DNA from: Candidatus Latescibacterota bacterium
GTDB lineage: Bacteria > Latescibacterota > UBA2968 > GCA-2709665
DNA: 64,000 nucleotides
Assembly: GCA_965226795.1 (NCBI GenBank)
Contig: CBDDDZ010000005.1
Coordinates: forward strand, 2,624,001-2,688,000
Direction: 5' to 3'
Shown: in pieces, positions 30,513 to 43,016 of the stretch
Numbering within the stretch: position 1 is the first letter of the stretch
Layout: each line of letters starts with the position of its first letter
The notes under the pieces: generated by a model
What the model was told of the DNA's origin: nothing
Seen by the model: only the letters and a program-made list of their open reading frames with translations
Database searches by the model: none
Position numbers and translations under genes: made by a program

Positions 30513-32710
30513 TCCGTACGCTCAAACATCTGCTCGAGGGCCGCTTCCGCATCGCCGCGCAACTCTATCTGGGAATCGGAGGCGCCGTTGCCATAACCAT
30601 GGTCGCCAGTATGGTCGGGTGGTTCTCATTCGATCTCGTGGGCGACATCCAGAACCGTGTGAACGAGGGTAGCGTGCCGGAAATGGCCGCCGCCTTCGGA
30701 GTCGCCCGGCAGAGTGGTACTCTGGTCGCCGCTGCACCCCGTCTGACCGCGGCGGCAACGATGGATGACTTCGTCCGCGTAAAGGCAGATATCGCCGAAG
30801 AGCGCAAGGCCTTCGAAACACTGCTGGCAGCCCTGATGCACAGGGGCATCAGGAAAGAAGGCGAGGAGCGTTACAGACGAATTCACGACTATGCCGCCGC
30901 GCTCACGTCCAACATCGAAGCCATCGAGCGAGAGGTCGGCGAGTTGTTCGAGGTCAGCGCGCGCAGCGAAGCACTGCGTGCTGAATTGTCCAATTTGCGG
31001 GGCAAATTGTCCGGCATGCTGATTCCGGCCATCGACGATCAACTCTTCTACACGATGACAGGCTATCGTACAATAGGCCAGCCGCCCGCGCCCCGCGAGC
31101 GGCATTTTTCAAATGATGAATTAGATCGGTACCGCCACCTGGCCGATTTAAAGGCCGATGCCACCATCGCGACACAGCTCATGTCAAGTTCATTCAATCT
31201 GTCGGACGCCCTCCTGCTGGAACCGCGGCGGGAGCGGTTTGAGGCTGCTGCCGGGCGTATCGAGCGGAGCTTGTCGGCGCTGGGTACATCCCCGTGGCGC
31301 GATCAGATCGCCCCGCACCTGAACCGGCTGTTCGAGTTGGGTCTGGGGGAACAGGGCGGATTCGATCTGATCGTTCGTGAGTTCGCGCTCGCCGAGCGGC
31401 AGCGAAACCTCCTCCAGGACAACCTGAACCTCGAAATCAAACTCGGCACTGAAGTCGAGGGTCTCGTCAGTGCGGCCCGGGAGCGGACGCAAGAGGCCAC
31501 GCGGGCATCCACCCAGGCGATCGGGACCGGACGCAGTGTTCTGCTTGGACTGAACGTGGTTAGCATCACCGGAGCCGTGCTGATCGCGTGGCTTTTTGTG
31601 GGTCGGGTGTTGTTGCGCCGGCTCGAACGCCTGTCGAACAGGATGCGAGGTATGGCCGATGGCGACCTGGAAGCCAAGGTCGATATCAGCGGCAACGACG
31701 AAGTCGCCGATATGGCGGCGGCTCTGGAGGTGTTCCGGCGTCACGCCCTGGAAGTCCAGCGCCTGAACCTCGTCGAAAAGCTGGCCGAGGAATTGCGGGA
31801 TAAAAACGAACAGCTCGAAACCGTGCTCGTGGACCTCCGGCGGGCGCAGGACCAGATTGTGATGCGCGAAAAACTGGCGGCGCTTGGCGAACTGACCGCC
31901 GGTGTCGCACACGAGATCAAGAACCCTCTGAATTTCGTCAAGAATTTCTCGGAGGTCTCCGTGGAACTGTTGGAAGAACTCCAGGAGGAACTCCAGGAGA
32001 TGCTCAGCGGGGAGGCCGGAGATCTGGACGAAGAACAACGGAAACTCATCCAGGAAATCTGCCAGGACCTCACCGACAACCTCGAACGCATCCGTGAACA
32101 CGGCGAGCGTGCCAACCGCATCGTTCAGGACATGCTGTCGATGGGACGGGGTTCGGCCCAGAGACAGCCCACCAATATCAACGACCTGCTCGACGAACAC
32201 GCCAGGCTTGCCTACCACAGCGTAAGGGCGAGCGACCCGGATTTCCAACTAGACATCAAACAGGATCTGGACCCGTCCGTAGGCGACGTCGAGGTGGTAC
32301 CTCAGGACATGGGCCGCGTTTTCCTGAACATGGTGAGTAATGCCTGCCACGCGATCGACGAAAAACGGCGCGAGAATGATCAGTCGGACAATAACATAGC
32401 GCCATACATGCCTACGCTTTCGTTGACGACGCGACGTGGCCAGGAACGGCTCGAGGTACGTATCAGGGATAACGGAAACGGAATTCCGCCCGACGTCGTC
32501 GACAAGATTTTCAACCCGTTTTTTACGACCAAGCCCACCGACCAGGGCACGGGGCTCGGTCTTGCCCTTTCGAACGATATTGTACGCGAGCACGGAGGCA
32601 GCATTCGGGTCGAAACCGAACCCGGCGAATTTACCGAAATGGTTGTTGAAATACCCCTGGAAGCTCCCGCATTGGTGGCTGAGGAGACCACCGATGAGGA
32701 TTCGCCCTGA
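30509..32710 (+). CDS. Membrane sensor histidine kinase: TorS-like helical periplasmic domain, HAMP, HisKA, HATPase
   Basis: Two TM helices; HAMP (GNDEVADMAAALEVFR); H-box AHEIKNPLNF; NACHA, DNGNGI, PFFTTK, GTGLGL. Confidence 0.92.
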   Translation: MIRTLKHLLEGRFRIAAQLYLGIGGAVAITMVASMVGWFSFDLVGDIQNRVNEGSVPEMAAAFGVARQSGTLVAAAPRLTAAATMDDFVRVKADIAEERKAFETLLAALMHRGIRKEGEERYRRIHDYAAALTSNIEAIEREVGELFEVSARSEALRAELSNLRGKLSGMLIPAIDDQLFYTMTGYRTIGQPPAPRERHFSNDELDRYRHLADLKADATIATQLMSSSFNLSDALLLEPRRERFEAAAGRIERSLSALGTSPWRDQIAPHLNRLFELGLGEQGGFDLIVREFALAERQRNLLQDNLNLEIKLGTEVEGLVSAARERTQEATRASTQAIGTGRSVLLGLNVVSITGAVLIAWLFVGRVLLRRLERLSNRMRGMADGDLEAKVDISGNDEVADMAAALEVFRRHALEVQRLNLVEKLAEELRDKNEQLETVLVDLRRAQDQIVMREKLAALGELTAGVAHEIKNPLNFVKNFSEVSVELLEELQEELQEMLSGEAGDLDEEQRKLIQEICQDLTDNLERIREHGERANRIVQDMLSMGRGSAQRQPTNINDLLDEHARLAYHSVRASDPDFQLDIKQDLDPSVGDVEVVPQDMGRVFLNMVSNACHAIDEKRRENDQSDNNIAPYMPTLSLTTRRGQERLEVRIRDNGNGIPPDVVDKIFNPFFTTKPTDQGTGLGLALSNDIVREHGGSIRVETEPGEFTEMVVEIPLEAPALVAEETTDEDSP

Positions 32711-32907
32711 TCTCAGAACGCCTCACATGCGCCACCCCGTTGCCGGACCACTCAGATCGCCTGGTTCCTTTCCACGCGACAGAGTCCGTAGTCCGGACCG
32801 CCGCCATCCGCCGGACAATGGCATCGAGCAGGCTGTTGCGCAGCATTGAACCGTTTTTCCGGATCATAACGCTGCTTTTTTCGTAGAGATAACGAGACTC
32901 GGCCAAA

Positions 32908-34422
32908 ATGTCGTTAAGATTTCGCAATTTGTCGGTGTTGGTGTTCGCAGGATGTCTGCCGTGGGGCTGTGGCGGCGAACGTGCGGTTGCGCCCCGGATA
33001 TCGAAGGCAGAGGAACCGGCGGAACAACCGTTGGGCAAATTGGCTGCCGGAGGCATTGCGACGCGGGCCGTTGTGGTGGCTACTGTGCGGCAGGACGGCG
33101 CTCCGTTGGGTGGTGTCACCGTCGCATTCACTCGTTCGGTTTCCGGAAAGGCGCCGAATTTCGCGTGGACCGACACGACGGATTCGTATGGACGAGCGCG
33201 CGTGGATATTGCCGTCGTCCGGGGCGGCTACTATAAAGCCCGCGCGACGCGGGGCGGCAACCCGTTGGGTTCCTGGTCGAGCCTTCCGATCAATGGTGGA
33301 CAACGTGTAACGGTTGAGCTGCCGGTCGGGGGGAAGGCGCGGGTGACCGGCACGTCTATTCTAGTGTCGGGGATTCTCCCTGCAGAGATTCAAATCGGCG
33401 TCGTCTTGCCCCTCACGGGCGACGGCATGGCCGTCGGCCAATTCGTAAGAAATGGAATGGAACTTGCGCAAGAAGAGGTCAGCCGATATGAACTCGATTC
33501 TTCAACAATAAACTTCATCGTCGAAGACAGTGAGAGCAATCCGGATGTCGCTGTAACGGCCTTCGAAAAGCTAATTCACGAGGACGACGTTACGGTTATT
33601 CTGGGGCCTGGCTATTCGTCTTCAGCTGCCGTGGCTTTTCCGATTGCCCAGCAAAACAACGTGGTGGCGTTCAGTCCCACCGCGGCAGCCGCCGGATTGG
33701 GGGCAATTGGCGAATTCGTGTTCAGGATTCCGACGCCTGTAAGTCGGATCGCACAAAGCACGCTTGAGATTGCAAGAACGAAGCTGAGATTGAACAGTGT
33801 TGCCGTTATATACGATAGCACGGACGTTTTTTCACAGAGTGGTTTCGAGGAATCCGAAAAGGTACTTGATAAATTGGGCGTCGAGACGTTTGCAACCGAG
33901 GCGTTCGCAACCGGAAAAACCGACTTTTCCGTCGAACTGACACGAATAAACGACTCGAAACCCGATCTCATCCTCGTCTGGACCCGGCCGGTGGAACGGG
34001 TTGCGATTCCCGTGCAGGGCCGTCGGCTTGGTATTCCTTACGGCATACCCTTCCTCGTTTTCGGCTTTGCGTCAAGCCAGATAGAAGTAGCCGGCGCCGC
34101 AGCTGAAGGGTTGATAACAGGGACGTTTTGGTCCCGTTCAATCGCGACCCCCGAAAATCACGCCTTTATTGAGAACTACCGCGTCAGATTCGGCACCGAT
34201 CCCGACCTGTTCGCGGCAGAAGGCTATGCGTGCGTTCATATCCTTACAGCGGCGATGAAGAAAGCCGGTTCAACGGCGTCCGGGGCACTAAGGGATGCTC
34301 TGGCCACGATCGATATTCCGACAGTTTTAGGACAATTCGCCTTCGACGAGAATGGTGACCCGACTTATCCAGCAGTCCTGCAGGTGGTCAGAAACGGTAA
34401 ATTCGAAACTCTGGGGAATTGA
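32908..34422 (+). CDS. Lipoprotein: shared beta-rich module fused to a Leu/Ile/Val-type binding domain
   Basis: Lipobox-like PWGC; IGVVLPLTG, VEDSES, ILGPGYSS, TDFSVEL, AAEGY, LGQFAFDENGD. Confidence 0.85.
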   Translation: MSLRFRNLSVLVFAGCLPWGCGGERAVAPRISKAEEPAEQPLGKLAAGGIATRAVVVATVRQDGAPLGGVTVAFTRSVSGKAPNFAWTDTTDSYGRARVDIAVVRGGYYKARATRGGNPLGSWSSLPINGGQRVTVELPVGGKARVTGTSILVSGILPAEIQIGVVLPLTGDGMAVGQFVRNGMELAQEEVSRYELDSSTINFIVEDSESNPDVAVTAFEKLIHEDDVTVILGPGYSSSAAVAFPIAQQNNVVAFSPTAAAAGLGAIGEFVFRIPTPVSRIAQSTLEIARTKLRLNSVAVIYDSTDVFSQSGFEESEKVLDKLGVETFATEAFATGKTDFSVELTRINDSKPDLILVWTRPVERVAIPVQGRRLGIPYGIPFLVFGFASSQIEVAGAAAEGLITGTFWSRSIATPENHAFIENYRVRFGTDPDLFAAEGYACVHILTAAMKKAGSTASGALRDALATIDIPTVLGQFAFDENGDPTYPAVLQVVRNGKFETLGN

Positions 34423-34511
34423 AAATACGTTTTGGCAACGCAGAATCGAAATACAATTCCCACCGATTCTGTCAACTAAATCCCACAACGGCAATTATTT
34501 ATACGGTTACG

Positions 34512-35946
34512 ATGAAATTTGATACGTACGGCCTTGATCCATCCATTTACGACGAGATGTTCCTTCCGGACGGTACTCCCAGGGCGCATTACCGCCCGCT
34601 TTTAGAAGCGCTGAGCGAACTCTCAACGGAGGAACTCACAAGCATTCAGGAACGCGTAACCCGTTCGTTTTCAAATGAGGGCATCACCTTTACAGTTCAC
34701 GGCGATGAGGAGGCCGCTGAACGGATCATACCCGTCGACTGCCTGCCAAGGATTTTATCCGGCGCCGAGTGGCGTCAGCTCGTCAAGGGCCTCACACAGC
34801 GCCTCTCCGCCCTGAACCGCTTTCTTCAAGACATATACAATGACGCACACATCGTCGGAGACGGCGTCATTCCGGCGGACATGGTACAGGGCTGTCCACA
34901 GTACCGGGTTGAGATGCGCGGCGCCTCCCCTCCTCATGGCGCATGGGTATCCATCTGCGAAACCGACCTCGTGCGCACCAATGACGGCTTTCTTGTACTT
35001 GAGGACAACCTGCGCGTTCCCTCGGGTGTTTCGTATATGGTAGCGAATCGTAAAGCGGTGAAAGCAAGTCTGCGCCGCCTTTACAGACGTTCGCGTGTAT
35101 AGGATGTGGAACACTACGGCAGGTTGCTACGTGAAACCCTTTCAGAACTCGCGCCAGGGGGGCGGGCCGACCCGTGCATCGTGCTGCTCACACCCGGAGT
35201 TTACAACTCGGCTTTTTACGAACACATGTTTCTGGCCCGCGAAATTGGCGCGGCTCTTGTCGAGGGCCGGGATCTGCTCGTGAACGACGGTTTTGTCTAC
35301 ATGCGAACCACCGCGGGCCTCCGGCGCGTCGACGTGATTTACCGGCGTGTAGACGACGACTTTCTGGATCCCCTCGTCTTTCGCGCGGATTCCCTGCTAG
35401 GTGTGCCAGGCTTACTCCACGCCTGCAAACTTGGCAATGTGACCCTCGTGAACGCGCCCGGAACCGGTTTGGCCGACGACAAGAGCGTCTATGCCTACGT
35501 TCCGGACATGATACGCTACTACCCTGGGCGAAGAGCCCGTTCTGGCCAACGTCGAGACCTATCTGTGCCGCAGGCCGGAACACCTCGAGTACACGCTCGA
35601 CAACCTCGAAAAACTGGTTGTAAAGCGGGTCGGCGAGTCTGGCGGTTACGGCATGCTGGTCGGTACCCACGCCACACCCGAGGAACGCCAGGAGTACGCC
35701 ACGCAGTTGCGCGCCAACCCGGCTGACTTCATCTCCCAGCCTGTTCTGCCGCTGTCGCGTGCGCCGTGTCTTGTCGACGACCGGTTTGAGCCGCGCCACG
35801 TAGACTTGCGTCCATTTGTGCTGCACGGGCGTGAGACTCGGATCGTGCCCGGGGCATTCTGCCGTGTCGCCTTGCGCCGAGGCAGCCTGGTCGTTAATTC
35901 CAGTCAGGGCGGTGGCGGCATAGACCTCTGGGTGCTGGGAAACTGA
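34512..35946 (+). CDS. Circularly permuted type 2 ATP-grasp protein; in-frame TAG at 35100 and frameshift near 35523 (possible pseudogene)
   Basis: [88 protein letters not shown]. Confidence 0.88.
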
Positions 35947-36020
35947 GCAGTCGCATCCATAACATCTGTCAGGTAAAACACGCATCTCACCGTTGTGCAA
36001 GAACCACGAAAGGAGAAGGT

Positions 36021-37406
36021 ATGAAGGGTTTCCCGAAAGTACCGTTTCTCAAGCGCGTCGGCGGTTCCCCTTGTAGAATCGCTCTGCTGTTGCTAGGCTG
36101 TCTGCTTTGCGGGACCACCGCCGCGTATGCGGCGGTTGACCAGGAGACCATGTTCGTCTTCAACACCTTCGCGTTTCTGATCTGGGGCGCGCTGATTATG
36201 TGGATGTGTGCCGGGTTCACAATGCTCGAATCGGGTTCGGTACGCACCAAGAACGTCGGGATGATCTGCATGAAGAACATAGGTCTTTACTCGATAGCCG
36301 GTCTCGCCTATTACTTCATCGGTTACAATTTGATGTATACGGAGGTGGGGAAGTTCATCGGCTCATTTAAGCTCCTCTACGGTCCGTCTGCTGCCGATCT
36401 CGCCCTCGTAGCGGGGCAGGAAACGGCCAAGGCCAAGGTTATCGCGAACAAATATTCCACCATGTCCGACTGGTTCTTCCAGATGGTATTTGTGGCGACG
36501 GCCGCCTCGATTGTCTCCGGTGCGTTGGCGGAACGGGTCAAGATGTGGTCCTTCTTTTTATTCACGCTGGCCCTGACGGCTGTCATCTACCCCGTGGTGG
36601 GCGCCTGGACCTGGGGCGGAGGGTGGTTGAGTGCAATGGGATTCAAGGATTTCGCCGGCTCGACCATAGTTCACAGCACCGGTGGATGGGCGGCGCTTGC
36701 TGGCGTGCTGGTCGTCGGCCCACGATTGGGGAAATACCGAAAGGACGGCACCGTTAAGGCTACACCACCATCCAATATCGTGGCGGTAACGTTAGGCGTG
36801 TTCATCCTCTGGTTTGGTTGGCTCGGTTTCAACGGCGGGTCGCAGTTGGCGTTGGGGAGCGCCGCTGATGCGGTGGCTATGAGCCATGTGCTAGTCAACA
36901 CGAATCTCGCGGCGTCTGCCGGCGTGTTGGTAGCGCTTGTCGTTTCCAGACCCATCCTCGGCCGAATGGACCTGTTCGCCAGTCTGAACGGAGCGATTGC
37001 GGGGCTGGTTTCAATAACTGCCGGTCCCGACATCGTCCAACATTATTGGGCAATTGTAATCGGCGGCGTGGGCGCCATCCTCTGCACGCTGGGAATTCGG
37101 CTGCTGGAAAGGTTGAAAATCGACGACGTCGTCGGTGCGGTACCCGCCCACCTCTTCGCCGGCATCTGGGGAACGCTGGCGGTCTGCATCGTCGCAGGCG
37201 GCAACTTCGGCGTCCAACTGTTGGGTATCGTAGCGGTTGGCGCGTTCGTGTTTTCGACTACGTGGGTGCTGTGGAGCCTGTTGAGCGTGACCCTGAAAGT
37301 CCGCGTGTCCGACAAGGTCGAGCGGCTGGGGCAGGATGTAGGGGAACTGGGAATGGAGGCATATCCCGAATTTGTACTCACACCGGAAGAAGCTGATGAG
37401 GACTGA
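36021..37406 (+). CDS. amt: Ammonium transporter
   Basis: MCAGFTMLESG, FFQMVF, SGALAER, DFAGSTIVH, WFGWLGFNGGS, NGAIAGLVSITA, DDVVGAVPAH (both pore His present). Confidence 0.95.
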   Translation: MKGFPKVPFLKRVGGSPCRIALLLLGCLLCGTTAAYAAVDQETMFVFNTFAFLIWGALIMWMCAGFTMLESGSVRTKNVGMICMKNIGLYSIAGLAYYFIGYNLMYTEVGKFIGSFKLLYGPSAADLALVAGQETAKAKVIANKYSTMSDWFFQMVFVATAASIVSGALAERVKMWSFFLFTLALTAVIYPVVGAWTWGGGWLSAMGFKDFAGSTIVHSTGGWAALAGVLVVGPRLGKYRKDGTVKATPPSNIVAVTLGVFILWFGWLGFNGGSQLALGSAADAVAMSHVLVNTNLAASAGVLVALVVSRPILGRMDLFASLNGAIAGLVSITAGPDIVQHYWAIVIGGVGAILCTLGIRLLERLKIDDVVGAVPAHLFAGIWGTLAVCIVAGGNFGVQLLGIVAVGAFVFSTTWVLWSLLSVTLKVRVSDKVERLGQDVGELGMEAYPEFVLTPEEADED

Positions 37407-38390
37407 TGACAACGAATCCTGGAAATCCCAGACTTCTCTCACGCAGTGCGCAGGGCCTTTATTGGATGGGCCGCTACCTGGAACGGGCGGAGTATCTCTG
37501 TCGCCTGTTGCGATTCCAGGTGGAAGCGCTGGTGGACCGGCCGATCCGGGAGATCTATTTCGGCTGGAGTCGAATCTACATGAGCCTGAATCGGCAGCCA
37601 CCCGGCGGCAGTATAACAATGGTCGGGAACGACGATTTCACGCTTGCCGATTCCTACACGCTGGTCGATGATCTCACTTTCGAGCGCTCAAATCCAGATT
37701 CCGTCTGGAGTTGTTTCTCGCTGGGACGTGAGAATGCGCGGCAGATGCGTCACTGCATCAGCGGGGAGATGTGGACCTGTCTGAACCTGGCGTATCTGCG
37801 GCTCCAGAAGCTGAGTATTAGGGATATCTGGAAGACCTCGCCGGAGAACTTTTATTCAGAGACGGCAGGCGACATCAACACGTTTGCCGGCGTGGCGGAA
37901 GCAACGATGTATCGCGACGAAGGGTGGCATTTCCTGCAACTCGGATGTTGTATGGAACGTGCCCAATGTTCCGCTACGTTGTTTCTTTCTCAACTCTCCA
38001 TGGACAAAATGATGGACGAGTCCTCCGACGCGGACTGGACGAACCTCTTGCACGTCTGCCAGGCGTTTGATGCTTACGGCCGCAATTATAGCGTCGACGT
38101 CCAAGCCGCCCCAGGTCCTCGACCTGCTCGTCACCGACCCTCTTCTACACGGCTCTGTATGCTACTCGCTCGACGCGGAGGCCGCGGAACTCAACGCCAT
38201 CGGTCCCGGGCCCGATGAGCAATCCAGTGCAGTAGCCCGGCGCCTGGCCAGGCGTATGTGCGCGCTGATCCATTACGATTGGCCCGATCGCGAAGACCAC
38301 GAGGCCCTCCTCGGAAACCTCATCGGTTACTGCCGGGAATTGCATGATCTTGTAACCGCCGCTTATATCGATTACGCCGTCGTTGATTGA
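37406..38390 (+). CDS. Alpha-E domain (DUF403) protein; frameshift near 38105
   Basis: LLSRSAQGLYWMGRYLERAE, RENARQMR..ISGEMW, TMYRDEGWHFLQLG..MERA; C-terminus in ORF 38067..38390. Confidence 0.85.
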
Positions 38391-38410
38391 CTTGCGAGTG
38401 TGCTGATACC

Positions 38411-39285
38411 GTGTCTGGAACCATCCAGTACGAAATCACGCACGTCTCACGTTACCAGTACACATTCCCGGCGCGCCAGTGCGTCATGTTACTTTGCCTG
38501 AAGCCGCTCGACACCGGGGGTCAGCAGCTCGTTCGTTTTGAGGTCGAAACGAAACCACAGGGCGCCCTGAACGCTGAAACGGATCCTTTTGGCAACACGC
38601 GCCACGTTCTCAACGTCCACCGGGAGCACGCTGCGCTGGAGATTTCGGCCCACTCGACCGTAAGTTCCGGGCTCCCTCCGCACCGCTTCCATCCGGACTC
38701 GGAGCGGCCGCGTGGAAGGTGATTGACACCTGGAAGTATTCATTCCAGCATTGGGACTTTACGCATCCCAGCGCGATGGCGAAGCCGTCGGCGGCACTCG
38801 CCGACTTCACCAAAAAAAATGGCCTTGCGCGTGGGTATGATCCGCTCAGGGATCTGATCCTGCTTTCCGACACCCTGCACAGCAGGTTTCAATACGCTCC
38901 GGGAAGCACATCGGCCGTGTCTCCAATTGAGGAAATTCTGAATTCGGGACGCGAGGTCTGCCAGGACTATGCCCACGTTATGATCGCGGTCGCCCGCTCC
39001 TGGGGCGTTCCCGCCCGCTATGTCTCGGGCTATCTCTACGTCTCCGGTTCTCCCGACGGCCAGGCCTGGAGCAATGCCACCCACGCCTGGGTGGAATGTC
39101 TGCTTCCGGAACTCGGCTGGGTGGGCTTCGATCCCACCAACCAGAGTCTTGCCGACGAACGACACGTCCGAATCGCGACCGGACGCGACTATCTGGACAT
39201 CTCTCCCACCCGAGGCGTCCGTCAGGGCGGCGGTGAGACGCGGCTCGAAGTCGATGTTCGGATGCGCCCCCGGACGGATCCGTAA
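38411..39285 (+). CDS. Transglutaminase-like protein; frameshift within about 38660-38720
   Basis: YEITHVSRYQY, DPFGN; catalytic triad motifs VCQDYAH, HAWVE, GFDPTN; PARYVSGY, GRDY. Confidence 0.88.
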
Positions 39286-39293
39286 TTCCGCTC

Positions 39294-39322
39294 TTGACAG
39301 ATCTCTTCTTCCTCTATATCTT
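39294..39322 (+). promoter_or_regulatory. Sigma70-type promoter of thiC
   Basis: TTGACA-N17-TATCTT immediately before the riboswitch. Confidence 0.7.
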
Positions 39323-39333
39323 GTATATCAAGA

Positions 39334-41234
<1,901 letters not shown>

Positions 41235-41362
41235 ATATCGTCGGGTGATCGGCCGATTCTCCGTCAGAGACCGTTATGGATTTCATCTGTCTCGACGCAA
41301 CGTTCGAGCCAGAGTCGGCCGCATTACTCCGTTCCTCATCACGGTTTTAATACTAAGCAGGA

Positions 41363-42727
41363 TCAGCTTCGTGCTTCAATCGGTGACACCCGTCGCTGTC
41401 CGTTTTCCCTGACTTCAGCCGCTTGGACGTCCGGCGCCTCCTCGCCGGCTTCAACCATTCGGCGGAGCAGCCTCTGCCTCATTATCTCAGCCACCTCCGC
41501 ATGTGAGGTCATGCCGATAAGGTTGCACAGTTCGTACGGGTCTGCCTCCAGGTCGTACAGATATTGTTCGATGTACCGATCCGACCCTGCGCTCTGCGCG
41601 CCGTGCCGTTCCGGCGCGTCCACACCGTACTTCCACCGATGGGTGCGCACGGCCCGTCCGACCTGTGCCTCGCTGATCTGCACAAACGTCTCCTCGGGCC
41701 ACCCCTCGTTGTCCCCGACGGTCAGTGGCAGAATCGAACTCCCCTGCATCTCTTCGGGCACCGGAATCCCGGCCGCATCCAGAAGCGTAGGGGTCAGGTC
41801 GATCGTGTTCACCAAATTAGAGATACGCCCCCCGCCGTCAAATCCCGGCCCCCGGAGAGCCGTAGGCACCCGAATCGAACTCTCGTGGCAGGACCGTTTG
41901 TACTCGGCGTTCCGGGTCTTGAAGTGGCAACCGTGGTCCGACGTAAACATCACGACCGTCTGTTCCGCCAAGCCCGTGCTCTTCAGCGTGTCCAGCATCC
42001 TCCCCAGGGCCTCATCCAGCCGCTTCACCATCCCGTAATAACCCCCGAGATGGCGATGGGCCGATCCGCCCAGTGACGCCAGATCCGGCGGAATCCACCC
42101 GCCGCTATACCGTTCCCGGTAACCATCCGGCGCCGGATAGTCGTCGATATGGTTCTGATGGTGGGGTTCGATATAGGAGACGAAAAGAAAAAACGGACGT
42201 TCCTGATTCGCGTGTATATACCGGATGGCCGCATCCGTAACCGCATCGACCCGATATCCCGGCAGGTCCACCGGCTCTTCCTCGTTGTCGTACAGGATCG
42301 TCCGGTAGGCCTCCGACGTGAATTCCAGCACGTTCGACGCCAGCCAGTATTCGTAGCCTCCACGTCCCTCCCGTGGTACCGGTCCGGTCGTTCCCCTTCC
42401 GTACAGATGCCACTTGCCGATATATGCCGTGCGGTAACCGGCGTCTCTGAAGTGGTGTGCCAGGGTCCGACTATCTGGGGGCAGAGGGATTCCATTGCGA
42501 AAGCACCCCGTTGTCGTCGCATACAACCCGGTCTGCAGACAGGACCGCGCGGGACCACAGACGGGCTGGCAGGTGAATGAATTGAATACATGGGTGCCCC
42601 GCTGTGCCATCCGGTCGAAATTGGGTGTCAGATCCATGGGGTTCCCGTGAACGCCGGTTGTATCCCATCGTTGTTGATCGGTATAAAAAACCACCACGTT
42701 AGGTATTTCTGAACTACCCCTTGTCAT
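41363..42727 (-). CDS. Sulfatase (Cys-type formylglycine)
   Basis: PNVVVFYTDQQR, CGPARSCLQTG (CxPxR), GYRTAYIGKWH, EPHH, TSDHG, LYDLEADPYEL. Confidence 0.92.
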   Translation of the reverse strand: MTRGSSEIPNVVVFYTDQQRWDTTGVHGNPMDLTPNFDRMAQRGTHVFNSFTCQPVCGPARSCLQTGLYATTTGCFRNGIPLPPDSRTLAHHFRDAGYRTAYIGKWHLYGRGTTGPVPREGRGGYEYWLASNVLEFTSEAYRTILYDNEEEPVDLPGYRVDAVTDAAIRYIHANQERPFFLFVSYIEPHHQNHIDDYPAPDGYRERYSGGWIPPDLASLGGSAHRHLGGYYGMVKRLDEALGRMLDTLKSTGLAEQTVVMFTSDHGCHFKTRNAEYKRSCHESSIRVPTALRGPGFDGGGRISNLVNTIDLTPTLLDAAGIPVPEEMQGSSILPLTVGDNEGWPEETFVQISEAQVGRAVRTHRWKYGVDAPERHGAQSAGSDRYIEQYLYDLEADPYELCNLIGMTSHAEVAEIMRQRLLRRMVEAGEEAPDVQAAEVRENGQRRVSPIEARS

Positions 42728-43016
42728 ACCTGCCTCCGTTGCCTTACATATCGGGTTGTCGGAATGCGATGCGAGGTTGCACATGCCGGAAACGCCACTC
42801 CATGCGCGCCCCGGGATTGACGCCTCACACCCGGTTCAATGAATGCATCTCATTGTACTGAAACAACTGTCTGTAGATTTGCTTATTGGATATTGTAGAC
42901 CCCTTCGCTTTCAGACACACTGCGAAAGAACGTGACAGATCGCCTGCACAGCGATATCTTAGGGAGCCGTCAGACGCCGCCCCGACCCCTCTTCCATGGT
43001 ACCCTGGGAACGTCCA

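Noticed and set aside
31190..32248. 352-aa minus-strand ORF
   Set aside because: Antisense shadow of the histidine kinase.
35100..35102. Amber recoding (pyrrolysine or alternative code)
   Set aside because: TAG ends several normal genes here (15701, 19689, 22690) and no pyl genes are visible.
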